From an uncultured Bdellovibrio sp. (GTDB lineage Bacteria > Bdellovibrionota > Bdellovibrionia > Bdellovibrionales > Bdellovibrionaceae), in the NCBI GenBank assembly GCA_963932905.1, contig CAWVRN010000005.1:32001-96000 (forward strand): a DNA stretch of 64,000 nucleotides, written 5' to 3'. Of this stretch, positions 40,455-49,947 are shown one piece after another. The translations under genes were made by a program, and so were the position numbers. The notes under the pieces are model-generated. The model had not been told where the DNA came from. It worked only from the letters and a program-made list of their open reading frames with translations, and searched no databases. Position 1 is the first letter of the stretch; the number at the start of each line of letters is the position of its first letter.

Positions 40455-41152
40455 TGGGACGTCTCGCCGGAATCTTCGCTTTTCATCACGTAGCCAACAC
40501 CGATCACCGTATGAATTAATTTTGTTTCAAACGGAGCATCGATCTTCTTTCTAAGCATGTTAACGTAGACATCAATAACATTACTTTCGGAATCAAAATG
40601 GACATCCCAAACATGTTCAGCAATGGATGTGCGGCCAAGCGGCCGATTTGGATTTCGCATAAAATATTCTAATAATGAAAATTCTTTTAAAGTCAGCACG
40701 ATTTCTTTTTGAGCGCGATGAACTTTACGTAAAACTAAATCCATTTCTAAGTCGGCAAAATTTAACTTAGTATTCAAAACCTGTGTCGTCGATGTTTGAC
40801 GGCGTAAAAGTGCGCGAACTCGCGCTAGTAATTCTTCAAAAGAATAAGGCTTGGTCATATAATCATCAGCACCAGAATCTAGGCCCGCTATTTTATCTTT
40901 GGTGCTAGAAAGTGCTGTTAGCATCAGAATGGGGGCATTTAAACCATCGCGGCGCAAATGACGAGCGGTATCGATGCCACTTTGATCGGGCAAACCGACA
41001 TCTAGAATGACCAAGTCATATTCCGACGAACTGCAATAGGATTCCGCAGATAGGCCAGATTCTGCCACATCGACAGAGTAACCTGATTCGGTCAGTCCTT
41101 TTTTTAAGAATTGAGCCATTTTAGCTTGGTCTTCGACAACTAGGATACGCAT
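40451..41152 (-). CDS. OmpR-family response regulator (CusR-like)
   Basis: ILDVGLPD, GADDYMTKP, NVIDVYVNMLRKKID, IHTVIGVGY. Confidence 0.95.
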   Translation of the reverse strand: MRILVVEDQAKMAQFLKKGLTESGYSVDVAESGLSAESYCSSSEYDLVILDVGLPDQSGIDTARHLRRDGLNAPILMLTALSSTKDKIAGLDSGADDYMTKPYSFEELLARVRALLRRQTSTTQVLNTKLNFADLEMDLVLRKVHRAQKEIVLTLKEFSLLEYFMRNPNRPLGRTSIAEHVWDVHFDSESNVIDVYVNMLRKKIDAPFETKLIHTVIGVGYVMKSEDSGETSH

Positions 41153-41595
41153 TATTTTTTGAGGATATCATCCAAAACAGAATCTATGTCACTTTTTTTC
41201 TTTTCGGCGGCTTTGATTTCAACCAATTCGACGCCAGTGATGACGTCTTCGCTGATTTTGACAGTGACGTTTTGATTTTTGTTTTTCTGACTTTTAATTA
41301 ACTTTTCTTTGAAGGCACCTAAATTTGGATCGTCTTTTAAAATGTACGGGCCTTTGTTCTTACCATCGAAAAAGACTTCGATCGTGTCCGTCTCGCGTAT
41401 TAAATTCACGTGGCCACTGAAGGATTTAACCGAGTCTTCTTTTTCGTAGATGTCGGCACTCATTGTTTGTGATTTTTTAGGGGGTGTGGGATCAGAGCCA
41501 CCTTCTTGTGCATTCACAGCATTCACGGAAGAAACCGAAACGATAAAAAACACTGAAGTCAGCAGTCGTCTCAAAATGACACTTGATGCGAACAT
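41152..41595 (-). CDS. Secreted hypothetical protein, coupled to the response regulator
   Basis: Signal peptide ending VNA-Q; TAATG stop/start overlap. Confidence 0.75.
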   Translation of the reverse strand: MFASSVILRRLLTSVFFIVSVSSVNAVNAQEGGSDPTPPKKSQTMSADIYEKEDSVKSFSGHVNLIRETDTIEVFFDGKNKGPYILKDDPNLGAFKEKLIKSQKNKNQNVTVKISEDVITGVELVEIKAAEKKKSDIDSVLDDILKK

Positions 41596-41722
41596 ATTTC
41601 CCCCTAAACCAGTACCCTAGAGTGTATAACAATACCTTTGGTATAAAAAGTAATATTTGAAGAGAGCCGAAACATACTATAGACTATAGGTAATTAAAAC
41701 TTAAGACGTTTTAGAGGTTGTT

Positions 41723-41977
41723 ATGAATTTAGGATGGACAGAAATTCTTTTAATTGGTGGTATTGCGTTGTTAATGTTTGGTCCGTCGCGCTTGCCAGGT
41801 TTAGGAAAATCATTAGGTGAAGCGATTCGCGGGTTTAAAAAGGGTCTTAACGAAGACGAAATCCAAGCTAACGCGCGACCTGTAAATGATCAAATTCCAT
41901 TTGATGGAAAAAACCAGTCAAATCAGACGGAAAACAAATCAAATACCTCGACACAGAATGAAAAAACTCATACTTAG
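41723..41977 (+). CDS. tatA: Twin-arginine translocase TatA/TatE
   Basis: LGWTEILLI...LMFGPSRLPGLGKSLGEAIRGFKKG. Confidence 0.95.
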   Translation: MNLGWTEILLIGGIALLMFGPSRLPGLGKSLGEAIRGFKKGLNEDEIQANARPVNDQIPFDGKNQSNQTENKSNTSTQNEKTHT

Positions 41978-41983
41978 TAGGGG

Positions 41984-43024
41984 ATGGTTAAACTAACACA
42001 GACTGTTCAAAAAGGTGGCTGTGCCGCAAAGGTAGCCGCGAGTGAATTACGATCGATTTTAAATCAAGTACAATTCCCAAATGCGCATGCTGAGCTTTTA
42101 GTGGATGGTCGGCATTTCGATGATGCTGCGATCTACAAAGTTAACGAAGAAACGTCATTAGTTCAGACTTTAGATTTTTTTACTCCCATTTTAGATGATC
42201 CATTTATGTTTGGCCAAGTGGCTGCGGCCAATGCCTTAAGCGACGTTTATGCCATGGGTGGATTGCCGAAAACAGCGATGGTTATTTTAGCCTATCCACT
42301 GGCGACGTTTGAAAAAAACTGGGTCGTGGCTTTACTTCAAGGTGTCGCCGATAAAGTCAAAGAAGCCAAAGCCAACATCGTGGGTGGTCATACGATCGAT
42401 GATGACACGTTAAAACTTGGGTTATCGGTTACCGGATACTGCGACACTAATAGATATTGGACAAATCAAAATTGCCAAGACGGTGACGTACTTATCTTAA
42501 CAAAATGTATTGGGACAGGCACTCACACGGCGGCGCTTAAACGTCAATTCGTGAACGAAAGTGAAATCATGGCCGTCGTCAATTCTATGCGACAGTTGAA
42601 CGCAGTTCCTGAGCTGCTGAGTTCAAAATTGTACTCGGCCGTTCACGCGGCCACTGATATCACGGGGTTTGGTTTAGCTGGACACGCATTCAATATGTCA
42701 AAAGCATCTAACAAGCTTTTTGACATTCAGTTTTCTGAAGTGCCACTTTTTGAAGGTACGCTAGAATCATTAGACCGTGGTTATTTAACTAAAGCACATC
42801 GAACCAACCGCGAGTATATTAAAGATTCAGCGAACATGTCGGCTTTGAAGGAATTAGAGATTCTAACATTATGTGATCCGCAAACCAGCGGTGGTTTGTT
42901 ACTGTCAGTGGATCCTGTGCATGTGGATGAAGTTTTAAAAACAGTTCAAACCCAGTTTCCTCAGTCGTGTATTATAGGAAAAGTAAAAAGAAACGATGGC
43001 AAAGAGTTTCTGAGATTTTCATAA
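41984..43024 (+). CDS. selD: Selenide, water dikinase (Cys form)
   Basis: GGCAAK, DDAAIY, QTLDFFTP, NALSDVYAMGG, TDITGFGL.GH, DPQTSGGLL. Confidence 0.96.
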   Translation: MVKLTQTVQKGGCAAKVAASELRSILNQVQFPNAHAELLVDGRHFDDAAIYKVNEETSLVQTLDFFTPILDDPFMFGQVAAANALSDVYAMGGLPKTAMVILAYPLATFEKNWVVALLQGVADKVKEAKANIVGGHTIDDDTLKLGLSVTGYCDTNRYWTNQNCQDGDVLILTKCIGTGTHTAALKRQFVNESEIMAVVNSMRQLNAVPELLSSKLYSAVHAATDITGFGLAGHAFNMSKASNKLFDIQFSEVPLFEGTLESLDRGYLTKAHRTNREYIKDSANMSALKELEILTLCDPQTSGGLLLSVDPVHVDEVLKTVQTQFPQSCIIGKVKRNDGKEFLRFS

Positions 43025-44134
43025 ATGTCTGTTTTGGATGGGTGGGTTGAAGAAAATGAAATCCTGGATTTAGTTCGTAAAGGACATCATTGGATTGATG
43101 TTCGCGCTCCGATCGAATTTGAAAGTGGATCTATTCCTAACGCTATCAATTTGCCAATCATGACAGATGAAGAACGGCACTTAGTCGGGACCTGCTTTAA
43201 AAAGCAAGGCCGCGAGGCCGCTATACAATTGGGTCACCAATTAGTTTCAGGCGAAAATAAAGAACAGAAAATAGCGGCCTGGATCGCCGAGTTCAAAAAT
43301 AAAACACCCAATATTTCACTATATTGTTTTCGTGGAGGGCTACGCTCGCAGATCTCTCAATCGTGGTTGCGTGATCGAGGATTCCCTATTCGCCGTGTTC
43401 GTGGTGGCTACAAACACATGCGAAATTTAATGCTTCAACACTTAAGGCATCGAATTATTTCTGCGCCAGTGCATTTGGTGTCGGGCTCAACCGGCAGCTG
43501 GAAAACCCATTTTCTTCAATGGTTAGCGGAAGAGAAACATTTGGTTTTGGATTTGGAAAAATTCGCGGGGCATCGAGGATCTGCATTTGGTAAACGGGGA
43601 AAACAACCGGCACAAATTAATTTCGAACACGACATAGTTAAATGCATTCTAGATCGGGATGATGAGTACGATGGCAGCAAGCCGCTATATATCGAGGATG
43701 AAAGCCGTATGATTGGCCGCTGCGTTTTACCAGATTTCTTTTTTGAAAAGATGCGCTCGTCCCCGATTATTTGGATTGACGAACCCCTTGAACAGCGAGT
43801 TGAAAATATTTTTTACGACTATGTGGCAATAACTGACATTGTTCAGAGTCAAGATCCGCAGCGAATTCAAGCCGTGTATGATGGTTATAAAAGAGCCCTT
43901 TCTGAAATTAAGAAGCGTCTTGGTTTAGAGAAATATTTTGAAATTCTGAAGGACCTTGATGGTGCGGAAGCATCAAGTCTAGCGCATGGCCGTCACGAAT
44001 CTAATCGCGTATGGATTCAAAAATTACTAAAGCACTACTACGATCCCATGTACCTTAACAGCCTGCAACGTCGTCAACCCAAGGTTTTATTTAAAGGTAC
44101 CACGAAGGAAATAAAATCATTTCTTTCGCAATAA
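43025..44134 (+). CDS. mnmH: tRNA 2-selenouridine synthase
   Basis: IDVRAPIEF, YCFRGGLRS, GGYK, DLE..AGHRGSAFG, EDESRMIG, YYDPMY; adjacent to selD. Confidence 0.93.
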   Translation: MSVLDGWVEENEILDLVRKGHHWIDVRAPIEFESGSIPNAINLPIMTDEERHLVGTCFKKQGREAAIQLGHQLVSGENKEQKIAAWIAEFKNKTPNISLYCFRGGLRSQISQSWLRDRGFPIRRVRGGYKHMRNLMLQHLRHRIISAPVHLVSGSTGSWKTHFLQWLAEEKHLVLDLEKFAGHRGSAFGKRGKQPAQINFEHDIVKCILDRDDEYDGSKPLYIEDESRMIGRCVLPDFFFEKMRSSPIIWIDEPLEQRVENIFYDYVAITDIVQSQDPQRIQAVYDGYKRALSEIKKRLGLEKYFEILKDLDGAEASSLAHGRHESNRVWIQKLLKHYYDPMYLNSLQRRQPKVLFKGTTKEIKSFLSQ

Positions 44135-45013
44135 AATTTGAAAACGGTTATCTTTAATTTCCCAACGGAAAAATAAAAACAGTACAGCTGCGGAGGTAAA
44201 GAAAAAAGCTAAAACGGTATCTGCATTTACGACTTCCTTAAAAACGATAAATGCAGCCAGTGCAGATATTGTCGGCTCTAATAATTTTCCGCAGCTCATC
44301 CAGTTAATATTTAGATAGTTCATTAAGTAAGAAAAAAGCGAATGCCCTAGGAATGTAGGGATTATGATCGTTCCAAGCAGAGCCAGCCAGGCTTCGTTAC
44401 TGTAGCCCACCATGGGTGTGTGCATGGTCATTGTCGTCGCTAAGAAACATAGGGCGCAGACGAAATAAATGCCGATCCCAAAATTCCAATTATTCATTTT
44501 TTTGCGACTCTGTTTGGAAAACAGGGCATAGACAGAATATAAAACACCTGACGTTAGAGCAGCGGCTTCCCCATGCCAAGAGTCCAATCCTAAATTCAAT
44601 CGACTGCGCACTAGAAAGTATAGGCCGGCCAAAGCAAACACGTAAGAAAATGCCACATTCTTTTCCAAGGGCTCGTTAAACGCGATTTTTGCTCCGACTG
44701 CAGTAAACAGGGGATTCAAGGCAAACAGGATCATACAGTGGGCGACTGAAGTGGTTTGGGCCGAGTACGAATACGACCAAAGATGTAGGTAGAAAAACAC
44801 CCCGGTTAGAATGACCCATTTTTTGTTGTTGAGTATGTCGGCAAAAATTACTTTGGCTGAATCCTTATACACGCGAAACGACAGTAACAAGATACTCGCT
44901 CCCAGCATGCGCCAAAATCCAAGAGTCTCTGGAGGAATGCCACTAAACTTGATCAAAACTGCGGATTGTGACAGGCTAAAAATAGAGATTATGTAGGTGG
45001 CATAGTGAAGCAT
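44117..45013 (-). CDS. DMT/EamA family transporter
   Basis: About 10 TMs in two repeats; LLEP motif. Confidence 0.85.
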   Translation of the reverse strand: MLHYATYIISIFSLSQSAVLIKFSGIPPETLGFWRMLGASILLLSFRVYKDSAKVIFADILNNKKWVILTGVFFYLHLWSYSYSAQTTSVAHCMILFALNPLFTAVGAKIAFNEPLEKNVAFSYVFALAGLYFLVRSRLNLGLDSWHGEAAALTSGVLYSVYALFSKQSRKKMNNWNFGIGIYFVCALCFLATTMTMHTPMVGYSNEAWLALLGTIIIPTFLGHSLFSYLMNYLNINWMSCGKLLEPTISALAAFIVFKEVVNADTVLAFFFTSAAVLFLFFRWEIKDNRFQILLRKK

Positions 45014-45102
45014 AGGCTCTATGACTGTAACCGCATTGTCGCTAAAAGTTAATTAAGATTTTTACTTGGACAAAGACCAAAATAAATATTCTATCTAGAG
45101 TA

Positions 45103-46227
45103 ATGAACTCATCCAGCGCATCCTCTAAAATCAAGGTGGGCGTAGTCGGGGCTCGAGGTTATTCGGGTCAGGAACTGTGCCGGTTATTAACTCAGCATTC
45201 CGGCATTGAACTTGCCGCTATTTTCTACAATGAAGGTAAGCCATTTACATTGTGGAATCAGTTTCCTGAAATAGAGCGTCTGGCAAAAGCACTTAAAGTC
45301 GCGGAACCCAAGAGCCTTGATTTGGGGAGCTTCTTGGCTTCGTCAGAAAAACTGGACGTCGTGTTCTTGGCAACACCGAATGAAGTGTCACTCGAGTTAG
45401 CTGAGAAATTTTTAAATCGCGGTATTTCCGTCATCGATTTGTCAGGGATCTTCCGATTGAATCAGGTTGAGCCTGGTGTCAGCCAAAGTTTATATCAAAA
45501 GTTTTACGGTATTGAACACAGTCATCCAAAAGCTTTGAAGCAGGCTCATTATGGACTGCATCCATTCAACGGCAAAACCATTTCGGCCCTGAAATCAGGC
45601 GCTCCATTTTTGGTAGCGAATCCGGGTTGCTATGTAACTTCGGTTTTGATGGCTGTTATCCCGTTATTGAAGCAGGGTTTGATTGATCCAAAATCTATTA
45701 TCGTTGATGCTAAGTCAGGCGCATCTGGCGCGGGAAAAAAGGCTAACGAAAACTTGTTGTTTTCAGAATTATATAGCGACTTCTATCCTTACAAAGTCCT
45801 TCAGCACCAGCATGTTCCGGAAATGGAAATGTATTTGGATGTATTCTCTGAAAAAGGATCGAAAGTCGTGTTTACGCCACATTTGTTGCCGGTGTTTAGA
45901 GGCATTCTTTCAACATGTTATTTAAAGTGGTCGCCAACTGTGCAGGGACTATCTGTCGAAGAAAAGAAAGCTCGCCTGCGAAAAGCCTATTTGGCCGCCT
46001 ATGAAAATTACCCGTTGGTAGAGTTTGGAGACATGAAAGAAATGCAGAAGAAAATCTCGGTCAAAGCGATTGCTAGCACCAGTTTAACCGCCATCGGTTA
46101 CGATTTGGACTCGGATAATTTAATTGTGTTTTCTGCACTGGATAATTTGTTAAAAGGCGCAGCTTCGCAAGCAGTTGAAAATTTAAACTGTATTTATGGG
46201 TTTCCCCAATCTGAAAGTTTGCTTTAG
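45103..46227 (+). CDS. argC: N-acetyl-gamma-glutamyl-phosphate reductase
   Basis: GARGYSG, VIDLSG.FRL, VANPGCY, KSGASGAG, HQHVPE, DNLLKGAASQA. Confidence 0.96.
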   Translation: MNSSSASSKIKVGVVGARGYSGQELCRLLTQHSGIELAAIFYNEGKPFTLWNQFPEIERLAKALKVAEPKSLDLGSFLASSEKLDVVFLATPNEVSLELAEKFLNRGISVIDLSGIFRLNQVEPGVSQSLYQKFYGIEHSHPKALKQAHYGLHPFNGKTISALKSGAPFLVANPGCYVTSVLMAVIPLLKQGLIDPKSIIVDAKSGASGAGKKANENLLFSELYSDFYPYKVLQHQHVPEMEMYLDVFSEKGSKVVFTPHLLPVFRGILSTCYLKWSPTVQGLSVEEKKARLRKAYLAAYENYPLVEFGDMKEMQKKISVKAIASTSLTAIGYDLDSDNLIVFSALDNLLKGAASQAVENLNCIYGFPQSESLL

Positions 46228-46238
46228 CGGGAGTCATT

Positions 46239-47438
46239 ATGTCGATTGAATCAAATATTAATATTACTAAGTTGCCTCAAGGTTTTAAAGCCGCGGGAAT
46301 TAACTGCGGTGTGCGACGATATCGTCCCGATTTGGCGTTGGTGTTTTCTGAAACTCCCTGCGTAGCCGCGGGTGTTTTTACTTTGAATGAATGTAAGGCG
46401 GCTCCGGTAGTGTACTGCCAATCTATAGTTCCTAGCGATTCCGTTCGCGCCATTGTTACAAATTCGGGACAAGCTAATGCAGCCACGGGGCCCGAAGGTG
46501 TTGAAAATAATCTAAGAATGGCGGCAGGACTTGCTAAAGAACTTGGTTGTTCGCCTAATCAAGTTTTGACGGCCAGCACGGGAGTGATTGGGCAGCAGCT
46601 TGCAATTGATAAGATTGTTTATGGGTTTCCTGAACTTGTTCGCCGGGCTACCAACGATGCGGATTTATTTTCATTAGCCATTTTGACAACGGATTTGGTT
46701 CCTAAAACAGCATCGAAAGAAGTGACGTTGTCGGGTGGACGTATTCGGATTACGGGCGTCTGCAAAGGTTCAGGCATGATTCATCCGAATATGGCTACGA
46801 TGCTGGGATATATTTTCACCGACGTGGTTTTGACTCCAGAACTAGCGCAAAAATATTTAAAACGTGCAGTGGATCTAAGTTTCAACCGCATTAGCGTGGA
46901 TGGTGATTGTTCTACAAATGATACTGTTTTCTTGCTGGCGAATGGTAGTTCAAACGTCGATTTAAAAAATTCTTCAGATGAAGAAATATTTTTCCAAGGT
47001 CTTGTAGATGTATCTCAAGCACTAGCAAAAAAAATCGCGATTGATGGCGAAGGTGCTACGAAACTGATCGAGGTTTCATTGACTGGATCACCAACTCAAG
47101 CAATCGCGGATAAAGCGACTCGTGGTATTACAGTTAGTCCATTGATCAAAACGGCAATTCATGGTGAAGACCCTAACTGGGGTCGAATCCTAGCGCGATT
47201 AGGTGCCGAGGGTGTACCGGCGGCGGCCATCGAGAAAATGGTCCTACGCGTGCAAGGCCAAATGCTATTTGAAAACGGTCGTCCCACGACGTTTGATCGC
47301 GCGAACGTACGCGAGCTTTTGAAATCGAATGTCGTAAAAATTGAAATTGAACTTAACTCAGGCCATTTTCAGTCAGTAGCCTGGGGTTGTGATTTATCTA
47401 AGAAATACGTAGAAATTAATACGGAGTACACAACATGA
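46239..47438 (+). CDS. argJ: Ornithine acetyltransferase / N-acetylglutamate synthase
   Basis: NSGQANAATG, STGVIG, KGSGMIHPNMATML, DGDCSTND, DGEGATK, DPNWGR. Confidence 0.97.
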   Translation: MSIESNINITKLPQGFKAAGINCGVRRYRPDLALVFSETPCVAAGVFTLNECKAAPVVYCQSIVPSDSVRAIVTNSGQANAATGPEGVENNLRMAAGLAKELGCSPNQVLTASTGVIGQQLAIDKIVYGFPELVRRATNDADLFSLAILTTDLVPKTASKEVTLSGGRIRITGVCKGSGMIHPNMATMLGYIFTDVVLTPELAQKYLKRAVDLSFNRISVDGDCSTNDTVFLLANGSSNVDLKNSSDEEIFFQGLVDVSQALAKKIAIDGEGATKLIEVSLTGSPTQAIADKATRGITVSPLIKTAIHGEDPNWGRILARLGAEGVPAAAIEKMVLRVQGQMLFENGRPTTFDRANVRELLKSNVVKIEIELNSGHFQSVAWGCDLSKKYVEINTEYTT

Positions 47439-48223
47439 AAAAAAATGAATTGTTGGTCATCAAACTGGGCGGATCTTCGTTAGAAAGCGAAACCGTAGTT
47501 CAATCGTTGGCTAAAGATTTTAAAAAACTTCATGATCTAGGTTACACAATGCTATTGATTCACGGTGGTGGACCAGCCATCAATGCGGCATTAACGGAAC
47601 GAAATATCATTTGGGAATTTGTAGATGGGCAACGAAAAACAACACCCGAAATGATGAAAGTTATTGAGGCTACTTTATTTGGTATCGTTAACCGTCGACT
47701 ACAGACTCATTTTTCAGCACATGGTGTTCCTATTTTAGGTATTTCGGGTTCTGATATGGGCATCTTGCGCTGCTTACCGTTGAATGATGACTTAGGCTTG
47801 GTCGGTCAGGTGACCGGTGTAAACCACGCATTATTGAAGAAAGTAATTGATCTACCGGTAGTGCCGCTTATAACGCCAGTTGGCAGTGATGAAAAAGGTA
47901 ACAAATTTAACATCAATGCCGACATGGCAGCGATGCATATTGCGACCAGTTTAAAAGCAAAAAACTTGATCTATATGACCGATCAAAAGGGCATTTGGGA
48001 CCAAAACAAAGAGACAATTAAGCAAATCGACGCTTTGGGCTTGTACCAATTGATGCAAACTAAGGTTGTTCAAGGCGGAATGTTAGTGAAAGTTAAATCC
48101 GTAGTTCAAGCCCTTCGTGAGGGAGTGGAAGAGGTCGACATCATTGATGCCCGAGCGGAAAATTCGTTGTTTGATTTAGTTCACTCGAAGAAAAGCTTGG
48201 GCACTCGCTGCTACCAAAACTAA
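47435..48223 (+). CDS. argB: Acetylglutamate kinase
   Basis: IKLGGS, HGGGP, NINAD, GGMLVK. Confidence 0.95.
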   Translation: MKKNELLVIKLGGSSLESETVVQSLAKDFKKLHDLGYTMLLIHGGGPAINAALTERNIIWEFVDGQRKTTPEMMKVIEATLFGIVNRRLQTHFSAHGVPILGISGSDMGILRCLPLNDDLGLVGQVTGVNHALLKKVIDLPVVPLITPVGSDEKGNKFNINADMAAMHIATSLKAKNLIYMTDQKGIWDQNKETIKQIDALGLYQLMQTKVVQGGMLVKVKSVVQALREGVEEVDIIDARAENSLFDLVHSKKSLGTRCYQN

Positions 48224-48233
48224 ATCCAGGGTT

Positions 48234-48489
48234 GATTTTTCTTCTTCTTTGCTAATTGAGATTTTCTGATCGGGGTAGCGCAAGGGCAACACAATCCGAA
48301 ATTCTAAATTAGCAAAGAAGAAGAAAAAATCGTTTTCGCCACGCCCGACCGTTTCGGGGGGGGGGATCCCGACGTTCGATTTTGCGTCACATCCCTAAGT
48401 GTCTGTTAAAGTTCTAAGCGTCAAAATCCCGATCACAAAGGCCCCTGCGCCGCCCCGATCTTTCTGAATTACAAGTAGGAAAGGAAGAC
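48234..48489. repeat. Second nested inverted-repeat (REPIN-like) element, partly decayed
   Basis: Near-perfect IR 48234-48266 vs 48298-48331. The GC-rich 20-mer at 48268-48287 recurs inverted at 48441-48460 (17/20). Confidence 0.7.
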
Positions 48490-48625
48490 AGAATCCAAGG
48501 GGGTGATTGTTTAACGGGCACAAAGCAAGACTCTCACCGCTTTGCAGCGATTTCCAATAACAAACCAAACGGGGTGACAAGTACAACGGATTTTGGCTAT
48601 CATTTCGAAATATCAAGGAGACATC

Positions 48626-49348
48626 ATGTTTAACTCAAAACTTATGGTAGGATTATGCGTAGCCGTTGCTTTCGGAATGGTTGCTTGTGAAAAGAAATTA
48701 GATACGGATCAAAAAAAAGCAAGTTATGCAATTGGACAACAATTGGGTAAGAACTTCAAAGACAACAACGTTGATTTCGACGCTGATGTTTTAGTTATGG
48801 CTCTTAAGGATGTGAAAGAAAACAAAACTAGCAAAATGACCCAAGAAGAAATGGGTAAAGCTATGCAGAAACTTCAAGAAATGGCGCAAGCTAAACAAGG
48901 TGAAGTAGCAGAAACAAACAAGAAAAAAGGTGAAGAGTACCTTGCTAAGAATAAAACAGCGGCTAACGTAAAAACGACAGAATCTGGTCTACAGTACGTA
49001 GTTGAAAAAGAAGGCAATGGAAAATCTCCTTCAGACACAGACGAAGTTAAAGTTCACTACACAGGAACTCTAACAGATGGAACTAAGTTTGACTCTTCTG
49101 TAGATCGTGGTCAGCCAGCTGAATTTCCAGTTAATGGCGTGATCAAAGGCTGGACAGAAGCTTTGAAACTTATGAAAGAAGGTTCAAAGTACAAACTAAC
49201 TATCCCAGCTGATTTAGCGTACGGTCCAATGGGTCGTCCAGGTATCCCACCAAATTCAGTATTGTTATTCGATGTTGAATTGCTAGAAGTTAAAAAAGCT
49301 CAAGCTAGCGCAGCTCCGGCAGCTAAACCTTCTAAAAAGAAAAACTAA
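48626..49348 (+). CDS. FKBP-type peptidyl-prolyl isomerase lipoprotein (FkpA/Mip-like)
   Basis: MVA-C lipobox, SYAIG, VHYTGTL.DGTKFDSS, VIKGWTEAL, IPPNSVL.FDVEL; AAGGAG RBS. Confidence 0.95.
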   Translation: MFNSKLMVGLCVAVAFGMVACEKKLDTDQKKASYAIGQQLGKNFKDNNVDFDADVLVMALKDVKENKTSKMTQEEMGKAMQKLQEMAQAKQGEVAETNKKKGEEYLAKNKTAANVKTTESGLQYVVEKEGNGKSPSDTDEVKVHYTGTLTDGTKFDSSVDRGQPAEFPVNGVIKGWTEALKLMKEGSKYKLTIPADLAYGPMGRPGIPPNSVLLFDVELLEVKKAQASAAPAAKPSKKKN

Positions 49349-49353
49349 GTTAA

Positions 49354-49947
49354 ATGAGTGGATTTAATTTTAACTTAGATCCGATTCAGAATTTTGTTTC
49401 TTGGTTAGATGAAGCCGTTGAACAAAAAATGCCAGATCCGAACGCAATGGCTCTGGCAACTGTGAACAAAGAGAATAAACCGTCCGTGCGTATCGTTTTT
49501 TATAAAGGTATGATTCGGGACGGTTTTTCTTTTTATACAAACTACACAGGGCGTAAAGCCCAAGATATCGCACTCAATCCAAATGTCTGCGTGAATTTTT
49601 TCTGGTCGCCTTTAGAGCGTCAAATTCGCATCGAAGGCAAAGCTCAAAAAACAACACGTGAAGAATCGGAAGCGTATTTTAAAACACGGCCTCGCGTTTC
49701 ACAGCTAGGTGCCTGGGCTTCGAATCAAAGTCAGCGATTAATGTCGTTGGAAATCCTTTCGAATAAATTCAAAGAACTTGATTCGCAGTATGCCGGGAAA
49801 GAAATTCCCTGTCCGCCGCATTGGGGTGGATTCATTATTGTTCCTGAAGTGATTGAGTTTTGGAATGGCCGCCAGGGCCGTATGCATGAACGTTATCAGT
49901 ATACGCGTAATGGCAGTGACTGGGACCGATCATTCCTGAATCCATAA
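49354..49947 (+). CDS. pdxH: Pyridoxamine 5'-phosphate oxidase
   Basis: PNAMALAT, RQIRIEG, YFKTRP..SQLGAWAS.QS, EFWNGRQGRMHER. Confidence 0.95.
   Translation: MSGFNFNLDPIQNFVSWLDEAVEQKMPDPNAMALATVNKENKPSVRIVFYKGMIRDGFSFYTNYTGRKAQDIALNPNVCVNFFWSPLERQIRIEGKAQKTTREESEAYFKTRPRVSQLGAWASNQSQRLMSLEILSNKFKELDSQYAGKEIPCPPHWGGFIIVPEVIEFWNGRQGRMHERYQYTRNGSDWDRSFLNP

Noticed and set aside
41632..41648. ATACCTTTGGTAT as a second site for the XRE-S24 operator
   Set aside because: Half-site spacing is 3 nt versus 6 nt in the 29273 palindrome.
42013..42030. Selenocysteine recoding in selD
   Set aside because: The codon is TGT (Cys) and the ORF is uninterrupted.
48395..48616. 73-aa minus-strand ORF
   Set aside because: It runs through the palindromic element and the FKBP promoter region, with no coding signature.
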